The notes beneath the pieces are model-generated. The model saw only the letters and a program-made list of their open reading frames with translations, searched no databases and had not been told where the DNA came from. DNA of 64,000 nt from Thermoproteota archaeon (GTDB lineage Archaea; Korarchaeota; Korarchaeia; Korarchaeales; Korarchaeaceae), in NCBI GenBank assembly GCA_026986575.1, contig JALSOH010000004.1, forward strand, positions 576,001 through 640,000, written 5' to 3'. Of the stretch, positions 19,696 through 29,235 are shown in pieces (within the stretch, counting starts at the first letter, position 1; each line of letters starts with the position of its first letter). Both the position numbers and the translations under genes were made by a program.

Positions 19696-20228
19696 TCTTG
19701 GGAATAGGGAACAGGCTCCTCACCGATGATGGCGTGGGATCCTGCTTCGCCGAGGCTCTATCCATCTTCGACCTCCCCGAGTGGATAGAAGTTATCGATG
19801 GGGGCTTGGGAGGGCTCAACCTGATAGACTACATGGAGGGGAAGGAGATCCTCTTTTTAGTGGATGCCCTTGACCCACGAGATGGAGAACCGGGCCAGGC
19901 GAAGCTCTTCAAAGTGAATCCCAAGGCGGTCGAGCCGACTGAAGCTATTAGAATGCTGGTTGAAGCTGGGAGCCATGGAGTGGTTCCAGAACTACTGGTG
20001 GCAGCTGCCGATGCTATGGGCTACCTTCCTAGAGAGTCCTATGTGCTTGGAATAGTACCCTGCCTAATCGACCTGGGAGATGGGATAACTACGCCAGCCG
20101 CCCGAGGTTGTTTAAAGGCCCTCCATGTACTCAAGGAAACGCTCTCAAAGAAGGGTTTCCCTCTTCCAGTTGATGATCACCGTTTTAAGGAAAGGTTGAG
20201 GGAGATATGTCTTGAGATCGATTGTTGA
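19638..20228 (+). CDS. Hydrogenase maturation endopeptidase (HyaD/HybD family)
   Basis: ILGIGNRLLTDDGVG, IDGG, LVDA, SH; start inferred. Confidence 0.9.
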   Translation: MLRGSAEESGEANKGARILILGIGNRLLTDDGVGSCFAEALSIFDLPEWIEVIDGGLGGLNLIDYMEGKEILFLVDALDPRDGEPGQAKLFKVNPKAVEPTEAIRMLVEAGSHGVVPELLVAAADAMGYLPRESYVLGIVPCLIDLGDGITTPAARGCLKALHVLKETLSKKGFPLPVDDHRFKERLREICLEIDC

Positions 20229-20237
20229 GGTGATCGT

Positions 20238-20669
20238 GTGCACGAATGGTCGCTAGCAGATGCCGTCGTCAGATCGCTCTTGGGGTTTATGGCCTCCGAG
20301 GGACTAAACTCAATTAAGGAAGTGGAGGTCACTTGGGGAGAGATATTAGAGCTCGATACTGGGATATTCGAACAGGCCTTTCATGAACTAACTAAGGGAA
20401 CTCCACTGGAGGGGGTGAAATTAGTTCTAAGGGAGGAGAAAGCATACTTCAAATGCAACTCCTGCGGTGCAGAGTGGGACTTCAAGACCGCTGATGAAAT
20501 ACTCTCTAGGGAGTTCGAGATAGTAGAAGAACCAGCAGGTGCGAGGGAAAGCCCACTCCACTTCCTGCCTGACCTAGCTAGGACGCTCCTGAGGTGCCCC
20601 AAGTGCGGTAGCAGGGACTTCGACCTGATTAGCGGTAAGGACTTGAGGGTATCTAAGGTGGTGGCGTGA
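20238..20669 (+). CDS. hypA: Nickel metallochaperone HypA
   Basis: MHEWSLA, CNSC...CPKC with a Thermococcus-like insert (LHFLP). Confidence 0.93.
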   Translation: MHEWSLADAVVRSLLGFMASEGLNSIKEVEVTWGEILELDTGIFEQAFHELTKGTPLEGVKLVLREEKAYFKCNSCGAEWDFKTADEILSREFEIVEEPAGARESPLHFLPDLARTLLRCPKCGSRDFDLISGKDLRVSKVVA

Positions 20670-21442
20670 TGCGAGCCCCTGATGTACTACAGGATGAGGC
20701 CCTCAGGAGGATCTTAAGGGCGGAGAGGCTTCTAATGATTGCATCAGGGAAAGGAGGCGTTGGTAAGAGCCTCATCTCCAGGGCACTCGCCTCCACCCTG
20801 TCGGAGATGGGAAGAAAGGTAGGTCTGCTGGATTTGGATGTGCATGGGCCCTCGATCCACCAGATGTTCCGATCTGAGCGCCTCATCAAGGCGACAAAGC
20901 ATGGACTCGAGCCCCTGAAGATCGACGGACTCGAACTCATGTCACTGGGTTACATAGTTAGGGACTCGCCGGTTCCGCTCGGGGGCGAGGACAAGATGTC
21001 CCTCCTGAAGATGATGGTGGCCCTGACCGATTGGAGCCCCTTGGACTATCTGGTGGTTGATCTGCCCCCGGGAACCGGAGATGAGATGATACTGGCGATT
21101 AGAGCCCTCAGGAGGCATCCTAAGTCTGGCACGGTCCTAGTCACGCTGCCCTCCAAGCTCTCGCTCTCCGTCGTCAAGAGAGCCCTAGACCTGCTGAGGG
21201 ACGAGGGTGCGAGGGTCTTGGGGATCATAGAGAACATGGCCTATATCAGATGCGGCGGAGACATCGTGAGGCCCTTCGGTTCCTTGGACTACTCCTCACT
21301 CGGTGCTGATCTGCTGGGAAGCCTCCCCCTAGATCCGGCTGTCGAGGAAGCGCTCGCCTCAGGGAAACCACCGCACAAGGCCTCGAAGGAGGTGATGGAG
21401 GCTATCTCGGCTATAGCCTCTAGGATCGAGGTGATGATGTGA
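20666..21442 (+). CDS. Mrp/MinD-family ATPase, probable ATPase-type HypB
   Basis: SGKGGVGKS, DLDVHGPS, VDLPPGTGD, IENM; no CPxC; lies between hypA and hypC. Confidence 0.8.
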   Translation: MMRAPDVLQDEALRRILRAERLLMIASGKGGVGKSLISRALASTLSEMGRKVGLLDLDVHGPSIHQMFRSERLIKATKHGLEPLKIDGLELMSLGYIVRDSPVPLGGEDKMSLLKMMVALTDWSPLDYLVVDLPPGTGDEMILAIRALRRHPKSGTVLVTLPSKLSLSVVKRALDLLRDEGARVLGIIENMAYIRCGGDIVRPFGSLDYSSLGADLLGSLPLDPAVEEALASGKPPHKASKEVMEAISAIASRIEVMM

Positions 21443-21666
21443 TGTGCCTGGGGATACCAGGGAAGGTGGTTGAGGTCAGGGAGAGGACCGCCATAGTGGA
21501 CTTCGGCGGGGTGCTCAGGGAGGTCGACGCGACTTTAGAGGAGGTGAATCTAGGGGACTATGTGATAGTCCACGTGGGAGTGATAATCTCGAAGATTGAT
21601 CCCGAAACGGCCAGGGAGACGATAGAAGCTTGGGAAGAGATGATAAAGGCGCTAGAGGGATCTTAA
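21442..21666 (+). CDS. hypC: Hydrogenase chaperone HypC
   Basis: MCLGIPGKV, GDYVIVHVG. Confidence 0.96.
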   Translation: MCLGIPGKVVEVRERTAIVDFGGVLREVDATLEEVNLGDYVIVHVGVIISKIDPETARETIEAWEEMIKALEGS

Positions 21667-22700
21667 TGACGGAAGAAGAGGTCAGACTAGCCCATGGATC
21701 CGGTGGTAAAGAGACGCAAGAGCTCCTGAACGAGGTAATCCTCTCCCTATTGGGAGAGGGGATGAAGAAGGTTGAAGGCGGCGTGGGCACCGACGAGCTG
21801 GACGATGGTGCCGCGATACCTATCCCAGGAGGATACGCTGTCATCACAGTGGATTCCTACACCGTGAAACCCCACTTCTTCCCGGGAGGCGATATAGGCA
21901 AGTTGGCCGCCTCGGGCACGATAAACGACCTGCTGATGATGGGCGCCAAGCCCTTGGCGATACTCGACTCGATAGTCGTTGAGGAGGGATTCCCCCTAGA
22001 AGATCTGAGGAGAATAACGGGAAGCATGATCGACACGCTTAAGCGGGTGGGTGTCAAGCTCGTGGGCGGTGATGTGAAGGTAATCCCCAAGGGCGGACTC
22101 GACGGTATAGTGATTACAACTACTGGCCTGGGTTTCGCCGAGAGGATAATAGTGGACTCCAATCTCAGGCCGGGGGACAAGATCATAGTCAGCGGGACGG
22201 TGGGAGATCATGGCGCCGCTATACTCGCAGCTCAGGAAGGATTGGAGGTGGAAGGAGGGATAGAGAGCGACGTAGCGCCCCTGCACGACCTCATGATACC
22301 TCTCATGGAGAAGTATGGGTCAGCCATACATGCTGCCCAAGACCCCACCCGAGGAGGACTGGCTCAGATCCTCAACGAGTGGGCGTCCAAAACTGGTTAC
22401 CTCATAGCAGTGGAGGAGGGAAGGATACCCATCGCGGAGGGGGTGAGGGCCTTCACAGAGCTGCTTGGTGTGGATCCTCTCACCCTAGCATGCGAGGGGA
22501 AGACTGTCTTGGGGGTATCCGGGGACGAGGCCGAGGACATCCTCAGCGTGATGAGGGACTTGGGTTTCGAGGACGCATCGATAATAGGTGAGGTTAGAGA
22601 GAGCGACAGATACGGTGGGATGGTTGTCATGAAAGCAATTACAGGCGGATTGAGGATATTAGAACCCCCATCAGGTGTTATCGTTCCTAGAATATGCTGA
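21666..22700 (+). CDS. hypE: Carbamoyl dehydratase HypE
   Basis: LAHGSGG, FFPGGDIGKLA, DPTRGG, C-terminal PRIC. Confidence 0.97.
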   Translation: MTEEEVRLAHGSGGKETQELLNEVILSLLGEGMKKVEGGVGTDELDDGAAIPIPGGYAVITVDSYTVKPHFFPGGDIGKLAASGTINDLLMMGAKPLAILDSIVVEEGFPLEDLRRITGSMIDTLKRVGVKLVGGDVKVIPKGGLDGIVITTTGLGFAERIIVDSNLRPGDKIIVSGTVGDHGAAILAAQEGLEVEGGIESDVAPLHDLMIPLMEKYGSAIHAAQDPTRGGLAQILNEWASKTGYLIAVEEGRIPIAEGVRAFTELLGVDPLTLACEGKTVLGVSGDEAEDILSVMRDLGFEDASIIGEVRESDRYGGMVVMKAITGGLRILEPPSGVIVPRIC

Positions 22701-22703
22701 ATC

Positions 22704-22859
22704 CTACCTACTTACGAATTTATCCCTCTTTTTAGCCCCCCTCTTCCTGCATTTAGATCTCACAGGGTATAGCATTTCCTCGTAAGAGAATTCGTCCTCT
22801 GGGATCTCTTCTACGAAGCTCTCATATCCTTTCTCAAGGTCCTCGTCAGATTCTCCCAT
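22704..22859 (-). CDS. Small 51-aa protein with acidic N-terminus and basic C-terminus (not in ORF track)
   Basis: MGESDEDLEKGYESFVEEIPEDEFSYEEMLYPVRSKCRKRGAKKRDKFVSR; TTTTATAA about 24 nt upstream suggests a leaderless transcript. Confidence 0.55.
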   Translation of the reverse strand: MGESDEDLEKGYESFVEEIPEDEFSYEEMLYPVRSKCRKRGAKKRDKFVSR

Positions 22860-23119
22860 CGATCTCAACTTAGTGGGGAAGCTTATAAAAGAACGCGGTC
22901 GCTAGGCTCGTCTCAGAAATCTTTAAATATTCATACAGTATCATATGTTCGAGTTATACTAAAATAAATTGAAGTTATCCCTGTTGCATATAACGAAAAT
23001 CTATTTTCATTATACAATTTAGTGATAATTAAAATGAAAAACAGCATTCTTTATAAAATAAACTCAGGGAATTTCCGCTGGAGCTAGGGCTCCATTCCCC
23101 CTGCGGGGTGATATTTTTG

Positions 23120-26100
23120 ATGCAAAGTCCCAGATTATCGAGAAGAACCTTTCTAAAGATGGCGAGCCTAGGAACCTTCTCACTACTCTTCTCAGGCTCG
23201 GTCCGGAAGGTCTTGGGGGTACCCAGTCCTAAAAGATACAGGCTGGGGGAAATAGGAGGCAAGGATTTACAGCTCACTAGGGAAGTCAGGGGAGTTTGCG
23301 GCTACTGCTCTGTGGGCTGCGGTATAATCTTCTATAAGACTGGCGATAAGGTGATCCACTTAGAGGGCGACCCGGATAATCCGTTGAACGAGGGCAAGCT
23401 TTGTCCTAAGGGAGAGGCCTCTCTAGAACTGTTCGGGCAGCATAATCCGAGGAGACTCAGAACTCCACTCATAAGGGTTAATCCTAAGCCTCCAGCCGAG
23501 GAGCTAAAGAAGGTTAAGACGCAGGACGAACTCAGGGCCATCTTGGATAAATACAAGCCGATATGGAGACCCGCTACTTGGGATGAGGCCTTCAGGTACA
23601 TAGCCGAGAGGATGAAGGAGATCCTTGATGAGGTAGGTTGGGATCCGAGGAAGGAAGATGGCTATTACCATCTAGGCAAGAAGTTCCCGTTGTGGATAGA
23701 GGCGGGCGCCAAGCTCACCAACGAGGAGGCCTACATAATAAAGAAGATCGCCACCATGCTGGGTAGCTACAACATAGACCACGACGCTAGGAGGTGTCAC
23801 TCCACCACCGTGGCCGGTTTGGCTGGAACGGTAGGCTTCGGAGCCCAGACTCAGAGCTTCATAGATACGCAGTTCATCTCCACGTACCTGATCTTCGGCG
23901 GCAATCCCGCGGAGAATCATCCGGTCAGTATGAGGCATACCCTCAAGGGTAAGGAGAAGGGGACCCTCAAGCTAGTGGTCGTCGATCCCAGATACAATAG
24001 GACCGCCTCTCAGGCTGACGTGTTCGCTTTCTTCAGACCGGGCTCAGATTTGGCATTCCTCCTCTACATCCTTCACTACGCCTTCTGGGAGAGGAATCCA
24101 CCGGTGGATCAGCTGGACACTTTCAAAGAATTCGTCACTAGGTTTAACGTGGATCTGGATGAGATAAAGGAGTTCAAGGAGATAGCCAAGGATTACACGG
24201 CTGAGGAGGTTTCGAGGATAACGGGGATACCTGTGAACAAGCTGAGGGAGATAGCCAAGCTATACGTGGAAAACAGTGGAGTGACGACGAACTTCAAGAG
24301 GTTCGGTTCCATCCAGTGGGCCATGGGGCAGACCCAGCACCATGTAGGGACTCAGATCACGAGGCTTAGCACCCTCGTGCAGCTGACCTTGGGCAACATG
24401 GGATTCCCGGGCGGAGGCCTGAACCCCTACAGGGGACACAGCAACGTGCAAGGGACCACCGACATGTGCATACTCTCGCACATACTGCCAGGTTACATAA
24501 AACAGCCCTCCAGCCCTCTCCAGATAAGGGTCTATCAGGACTGGAAGAATCAAGGCTTCCCCGATGCTTGGCACTGGGAGATCCCCGATTGGGCTGGCAG
24601 CAGCTTCGGTCCTAACGAGAGGGGTAAGGTGAACTCGACCAAAGTGCTCTGGTCGTGGTGGTTCCAGAACTGGAGGAGATTCGAGCTGACTTGGGGCATC
24701 TTCGTAGGTACCGATCCGGAATCGGATCCGAAGAACGGGACGGTGATAAGCGACTTCCCATTCGGAAAGGGATACACCGAGAACACTTGGTGGCAGGGAG
24801 TCCTCTTTGACGATGTGCTGAAGGCAGCCATAATAATGGCTGAGAACATAGCTGTCAGCGACGGGGATGCGATAACTACCTACATAGCCCTAGCATCGCT
24901 AAAGCTGCTTGTCGTGGTTGACCTGTGGGAGACTGAGACGGCAACATTCGCCGACGTCCTCCTGCCTGGCGCGTTCCAGTACGAGAAGTACGGGTCGATA
25001 ACGAACAGCAACCGCTGGGTCCAGTGGCAGGGCAGGGTCGTGCCTCCAGCCGGGGATGCCAAACCCGACCTCTGGATAATGCTCAAACTATGGGACTACT
25101 TCAAGAGCTACGGGATAGTGAGGCTTCCAAGCCAGATATACGGCAAGAAGACGGAGAAGGTCTCCATAAGGAATCCCAAGACAGGAGAGATGGTTGAGCT
25201 TTACGAGAGGAAGATTGAACCCTTCATGGACTACGCGACCGGTAGATTCGCCGATCCGGACTACGCCTACGCTGATCCTGAGCTCATATACAAGGAGATA
25301 GACTTGGCCGTTGATCTGTACAACGGGATGTACGACTGGGTTGACGGGAAGATACTGGCAAAGAGGAGGAAGCCCTTGCTGAGGACCGAGTCCGACATAG
25401 ATGGTATACTGGACAGGGAGTTCCTAATGTATAAGGACTGGGCGTGGACATGGCCCAAGAACGTGAGGATACTCTATGATCTCTGGACCCTCTCCAAGAC
25501 CTTAGGGAGGACCTTCAAGTTCACCTTCACTCCAGGCGAGTATTCCGTCGGAGACACGCTTAACGGTAGGACCGTGACCATAACCGGGGAAACTGGTGAG
25601 ATCAGGGATGCTAAGAGCGGCAAGTGGAGGCCTGCTTTCATACCGGGTCATAACTTCGTGGTCGGCAAGATGTACAAGAGGGCTTGGTCCGGCATGACTG
25701 ACCTGTTGACAGGTGCCGTCACGGCCAAGGACCTCCTCTGGTATGGAAGGGTAGTGGGGAAGTTCGTGATATTCAGCGGGGAATCCCATACCGTGACCAC
25801 CTACGAGGATCTGGGCATCAGGTGTCCTCTCTGCGAGAGCTTCTACTACGATGAGGATGTGATAAATGTCGGCAAAGCGAACTACAAGAAGCCCTACTTC
25901 AAGGGGACGAAGGACTACAAAGGTAAGAAGATAAAGTACGTGGGGTTCTACGACTGGAAGAAGGTGAGGGACAAGTTCTCCGAGGAGTTCAGGAGTTTAG
26001 CCAAGTCATTGGGCATAAGAGAAGCGGTCAAGAGCATGAAGGAGAAGTACGGCGAGTGGTACGCCTATCCTAATCCGAGCAACCCCAATGAGATCTTGGC

Positions 26101-26740
26101 TTGGGATATGAGGTATCCGATCCACTACGAGCCAGTTGAATCTCCTGATTTCGAGCTGGCTACCAAGTATCCAGCCATGGCTTGGAGGAGGGCCGAGAAT
26201 TACAGATTCTTGGAGCCTCCTGAGGGGTTCGAGCATCTCAAGGACACTGTCACTATGATCCCGGAGGATATGTCGCCGCCCGAGGGTGCCGAGGTAGTTG
26301 TGGTGACTACAAACAGGATGACCGAGCACTTCCACACGGGTCAGCTTACTAGGAACGTCCCTCTCTTAGCGGAGTTAGTCCCGGAGCCATTTGCTGAGAT
26401 ACCTAAGCCCCTAGCGGATAAGCTCGGGATTAAGCCAGGGGATGTGGTCGAAGTGGGGAACAAGAGGAATGTGATATACGTGAGGGCGATGGTGACCCAC
26501 AGGGTTCCCAAGCTATCAGTCAACGGCAAGGAGGTCTATGTGATAAACCTGCCTTGGCACTGGGGGTGGGCCGGGGCCCACAGCACCTACGCAGTGGTGA
26601 ACACGATAACTGACGTGTATATGGACGTGGTCACTACCATGCAGGAGACCAAAGCGTTCCTAGCCTACGTTAGGAAGGCTTCCACCAAGAAATACGACTA
26701 CAGGGCAAGGGAGGAGAATTTACCGGGGATAAGGCCATGA
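23120..26740 (+). CDS. fdhA: Formate dehydrogenase alpha subunit (Fdh-N-like, Cys-ligated Mo/W-bisPGD), Tat-exported
   Basis: SRRTFLK, CGYCSVGC..C, RRCHSTT, RGHSNVQG, TNSNRWVQW, RMTEHFHTG. Confidence 0.93.
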   Translation: MQSPRLSRRTFLKMASLGTFSLLFSGSVRKVLGVPSPKRYRLGEIGGKDLQLTREVRGVCGYCSVGCGIIFYKTGDKVIHLEGDPDNPLNEGKLCPKGEASLELFGQHNPRRLRTPLIRVNPKPPAEELKKVKTQDELRAILDKYKPIWRPATWDEAFRYIAERMKEILDEVGWDPRKEDGYYHLGKKFPLWIEAGAKLTNEEAYIIKKIATMLGSYNIDHDARRCHSTTVAGLAGTVGFGAQTQSFIDTQFISTYLIFGGNPAENHPVSMRHTLKGKEKGTLKLVVVDPRYNRTASQADVFAFFRPGSDLAFLLYILHYAFWERNPPVDQLDTFKEFVTRFNVDLDEIKEFKEIAKDYTAEEVSRITGIPVNKLREIAKLYVENSGVTTNFKRFGSIQWAMGQTQHHVGTQITRLSTLVQLTLGNMGFPGGGLNPYRGHSNVQGTTDMCILSHILPGYIKQPSSPLQIRVYQDWKNQGFPDAWHWEIPDWAGSSFGPNERGKVNSTKVLWSWWFQNWRRFELTWGIFVGTDPESDPKNGTVISDFPFGKGYTENTWWQGVLFDDVLKAAIIMAENIAVSDGDAITTYIALASLKLLVVVDLWETETATFADVLLPGAFQYEKYGSITNSNRWVQWQGRVVPPAGDAKPDLWIMLKLWDYFKSYGIVRLPSQIYGKKTEKVSIRNPKTGEMVELYERKIEPFMDYATGRFADPDYAYADPELIYKEIDLAVDLYNGMYDWVDGKILAKRRKPLLRTESDIDGILDREFLMYKDWAWTWPKNVRILYDLWTLSKTLGRTFKFTFTPGEYSVGDTLNGRTVTITGETGEIRDAKSGKWRPAFIPGHNFVVGKMYKRAWSGMTDLLTGAVTAKDLLWYGRVVGKFVIFSGESHTVTTYEDLGIRCPLCESFYYDEDVINVGKANYKKPYFKGTKDYKGKKIKYVGFYDWKKVRDKFSEEFRSLAKSLGIREAVKSMKEKYGEWYAYPNPSNPNEILAWDMRYPIHYEPVESPDFELATKYPAMAWRRAENYRFLEPPEGFEHLKDTVTMIPEDMSPPEGAEVVVVTTNRMTEHFHTGQLTRNVPLLAELVPEPFAEIPKPLADKLGIKPGDVVEVGNKRNVIYVRAMVTHRVPKLSVNGKEVYVINLPWHWGWAGAHSTYAVVNTITDVYMDVVTTMQETKAFLAYVRKASTKKYDYRAREENLPGIRP

Positions 26741-26753
26741 TGGAGGTGATGCT

Positions 26754-27557
26754 ATGGGAGAGATGGCGATAGCCTTCAATGTGGATAACTGTATCTTCTG
26801 CAGGGCGTGTCAGGTCGCCTGCCACGTATGGAACAACACTAGGCCCCAAGTAACTGAATTCTCCCCGACATTGACTAACCCCCCAGATCTTCTGCCCAAT
26901 GTCTGGACATTGATGGAGGCCAAGGAGGTAGTAGAGGGAGATGAATTCCACTGGCTATTCTTCAAGAGGCAATGCATGCACTGCAGCGAGGCTCCCTGCG
27001 CTAAAGCGTGTCCAGTAAATGCCATAGAGATCCATCCGGAGGGAGCTGTTGTAATAAGAGAGGATAAGTGCACTGGATGCAGGTTCTGCATAGAGGCATG
27101 TCCCTATGATGTCCCCAGATACGATGAGAGTAGCGAAAAGGTGTATAAGTGCACTTTCTGCATAGACAGGATACAGAATGGCTTGGAGCCAGCTTGCGTA
27201 GCCGCATGCCCAACTGATGCATTGGTATTTGGTGATTACGATGAACTGGTCAACAGGTATAGGTCTCAGGGTTATGAGGTGTATGGTGACTCGGTCAACG
27301 ACTACGTGGGTAGGACCCATTACATCTACGTCACTAGGAAATACAAGGGCAAGCTGACCGATCCCAAGTACTTCGGTGATAGGTTGAAGAAAGACCCGAG
27401 AAAGGCTTCAGTACAGGTCGGAGCCAACGTGGTAGAACCCGTCGGCTGGGGCCTCGTTGGTCTCACATTGCTGGCCGCGGCTGGTCACTTCATCTACTGG
27501 AGGGCCAAGAGGATCGAGGAGAAGTCTGAATCTAAAGGTGAGAAGGGAGGTGAGTGA
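26754..27557 (+). CDS. fdhB: Formate dehydrogenase Fe-S beta subunit (FdnH-like)
   Basis: Four CxxCxxC-type motifs; C-terminal TM helix. Confidence 0.92.
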   Translation: MGEMAIAFNVDNCIFCRACQVACHVWNNTRPQVTEFSPTLTNPPDLLPNVWTLMEAKEVVEGDEFHWLFFKRQCMHCSEAPCAKACPVNAIEIHPEGAVVIREDKCTGCRFCIEACPYDVPRYDESSEKVYKCTFCIDRIQNGLEPACVAACPTDALVFGDYDELVNRYRSQGYEVYGDSVNDYVGRTHYIYVTRKYKGKLTDPKYFGDRLKKDPRKASVQVGANVVEPVGWGLVGLTLLAAAGHFIYWRAKRIEEKSESKGEKGGE

Positions 27558-28289
27558 ATGGCCGAGGAGTATGTTAGCCTTGCGGAATGGAGGAACAAGT
27601 GCGAGGCAGTGAAAGCGTTCAGTGAGGCACAGATATGGGTCCACAAGCACCTGATACACTTCACCTTGTTCTTCTTCATCACCGGCCTGCCCTTAATTAG
27701 CAAGGAATGGTTCGGCTGGCTCGCTTTCGTCTTCGGCTATCCACTATCCACAGTGATAGGGAGCTACGATCCCTACAGCCTCGGCATACAGGTGGCTCGG
27801 TTCATTCACAGGATCTCCGCTCTAGGACTCGCTCTAGTATTGATACCATTCCTCCTCAAAACGTTAGGGGAGCTCAGGCGCATGGAGATATGGCCCGAAT
27901 GCTGGAGCTTCTCCTGCTTCAAGAAAGGTTTCAAGGACATGATAGATTTCTACGTGTACAGGAAGAGGGTGACATTCCCCAAGTATAATGTGGGACAGAA
28001 GGGATGGATCTGGACCGTAATAGTAGGGATGGTGATAATGTACGTAACCGGAACCGTGATGTGGCTGAGGGACCTCTTCCCGCCCAGCGCCTGGGAGGTG
28101 GCCCACCTCCTCCACGATATAGGGTTCTTCATAGCAGCCATAGGCCTCATAATCCACGTGTATATGGCCCTGCTGATTCCAGAGCATAGGCCTTTCGTCA
28201 GGGCCATGTTCAGAACGGGTAGATTGACTGAGGAGTACGTTAGGGAGCACCATCCCGAGTGGCACGAGAAGATCGAGAAGGAAGGCTAA
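27558..28289 (+). CDS. fdhC: Formate dehydrogenase cytochrome b gamma subunit (FdnI-like)
   Basis: IHR, KYNVGQK, HLLHD, IIHVYMA, AMFRTG, HHPEW. Confidence 0.92.
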   Translation: MAEEYVSLAEWRNKCEAVKAFSEAQIWVHKHLIHFTLFFFITGLPLISKEWFGWLAFVFGYPLSTVIGSYDPYSLGIQVARFIHRISALGLALVLIPFLLKTLGELRRMEIWPECWSFSCFKKGFKDMIDFYVYRKRVTFPKYNVGQKGWIWTVIVGMVIMYVTGTVMWLRDLFPPSAWEVAHLLHDIGFFIAAIGLIIHVYMALLIPEHRPFVRAMFRTGRLTEEYVREHHPEWHEKIEKEG

Positions 28290-28307
28290 TCCCCCACCCA
28301 CTTTTTT

Positions 28308-29225
28308 ATGCCCCTCGATGTCTCTCGGATAGGTGAGGTCATAGTGTCGGACGAGCCGAGCAGGTTCAAGCGGGCAGTTGACCTGATTTCCATTGAAACC
28401 CCCGAGCTGAGGCCTTCTCTCCTATTCTACGCCGATATGATCTCTCTATTGAAGGAACTATCCGATGAAGTTGTATTAGAACTGGAGGATAGAAGGGAGC
28501 TTATTGAAGAGCTCGCTAAGAGGGTCAGCGAGGAGGGATCTCCACTCCTGAATTTACTCGGTACGATACCCGTATCCGCAGGGATATGGCAGAAGATACT
28601 CGAATCAGTAGTATCAATAGTGAAAGATCACCGGGAGGAGCTAACGGAAGATTTAGATAAGCTATTAGAGGCGTCGGAAGGTGGTTCCTTCAGTATACGC
28701 GACCTAGCCACCTACTCCCTGAAAGGGGATCCGAACTACGCTAGGGGGGTGGCTGCCGGACTTGATGTGGACTTGGACTTAGTGAACGCAATTGCCCTAT
28801 GGACAATACAACCCCTCCTCATTGCCCTGAGGAGGATCGCCGAAAGGAAGATAGATGCTGACAACTGGTTAAGAGGCTACTGTCCGGTCTGCGGGAGCTA
28901 CACGAGGACAGGATTCATGGAAGGGGAGGGTAGGAAGCTACACCTCAAATGCGAGATATGCGGGATGGAGTGGCCTTTCCTCAGGTTGAAATGTCCCTTC
29001 TGTGGTAACGAAGATGAGAAGAAGTTGGGTTTCTACTCTCTTAACGACAATAAGTTCCGCCTTTACGTATGCGAAAGTTGCGGAGAATACTGGAAGGTGG
29101 TCGACGAGGAACTAGCTGGTAAGAACGTTCCTAGGGAACTTTATCCGGTCTGGACCTTTGAATTAGATGAGCTGGCCTCCAAGCTCAGCAAGGAGAGGAC
29201 ATCGAAAGACGAGGAAGGTGACTAA
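28308..29225 (+). CDS. fdhE: Formate dehydrogenase accessory protein FdhE
   Basis: CPVCGS, CEICGMEW, CPFCGN, CESCGEY. Confidence 0.9.
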   Translation: MPLDVSRIGEVIVSDEPSRFKRAVDLISIETPELRPSLLFYADMISLLKELSDEVVLELEDRRELIEELAKRVSEEGSPLLNLLGTIPVSAGIWQKILESVVSIVKDHREELTEDLDKLLEASEGGSFSIRDLATYSLKGDPNYARGVAAGLDVDLDLVNAIALWTIQPLLIALRRIAERKIDADNWLRGYCPVCGSYTRTGFMEGEGRKLHLKCEICGMEWPFLRLKCPFCGNEDEKKLGFYSLNDNKFRLYVCESCGEYWKVVDEELAGKNVPRELYPVWTFELDELASKLSKERTSKDEEGD

Positions 29226-29235
29226 AGAGCTGAGG

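Noticed and set aside
23780-23810. Possible selenocysteine in FdhA
   Set aside because: The active-site codon is TGT (Cys) and there is no in-frame TGA
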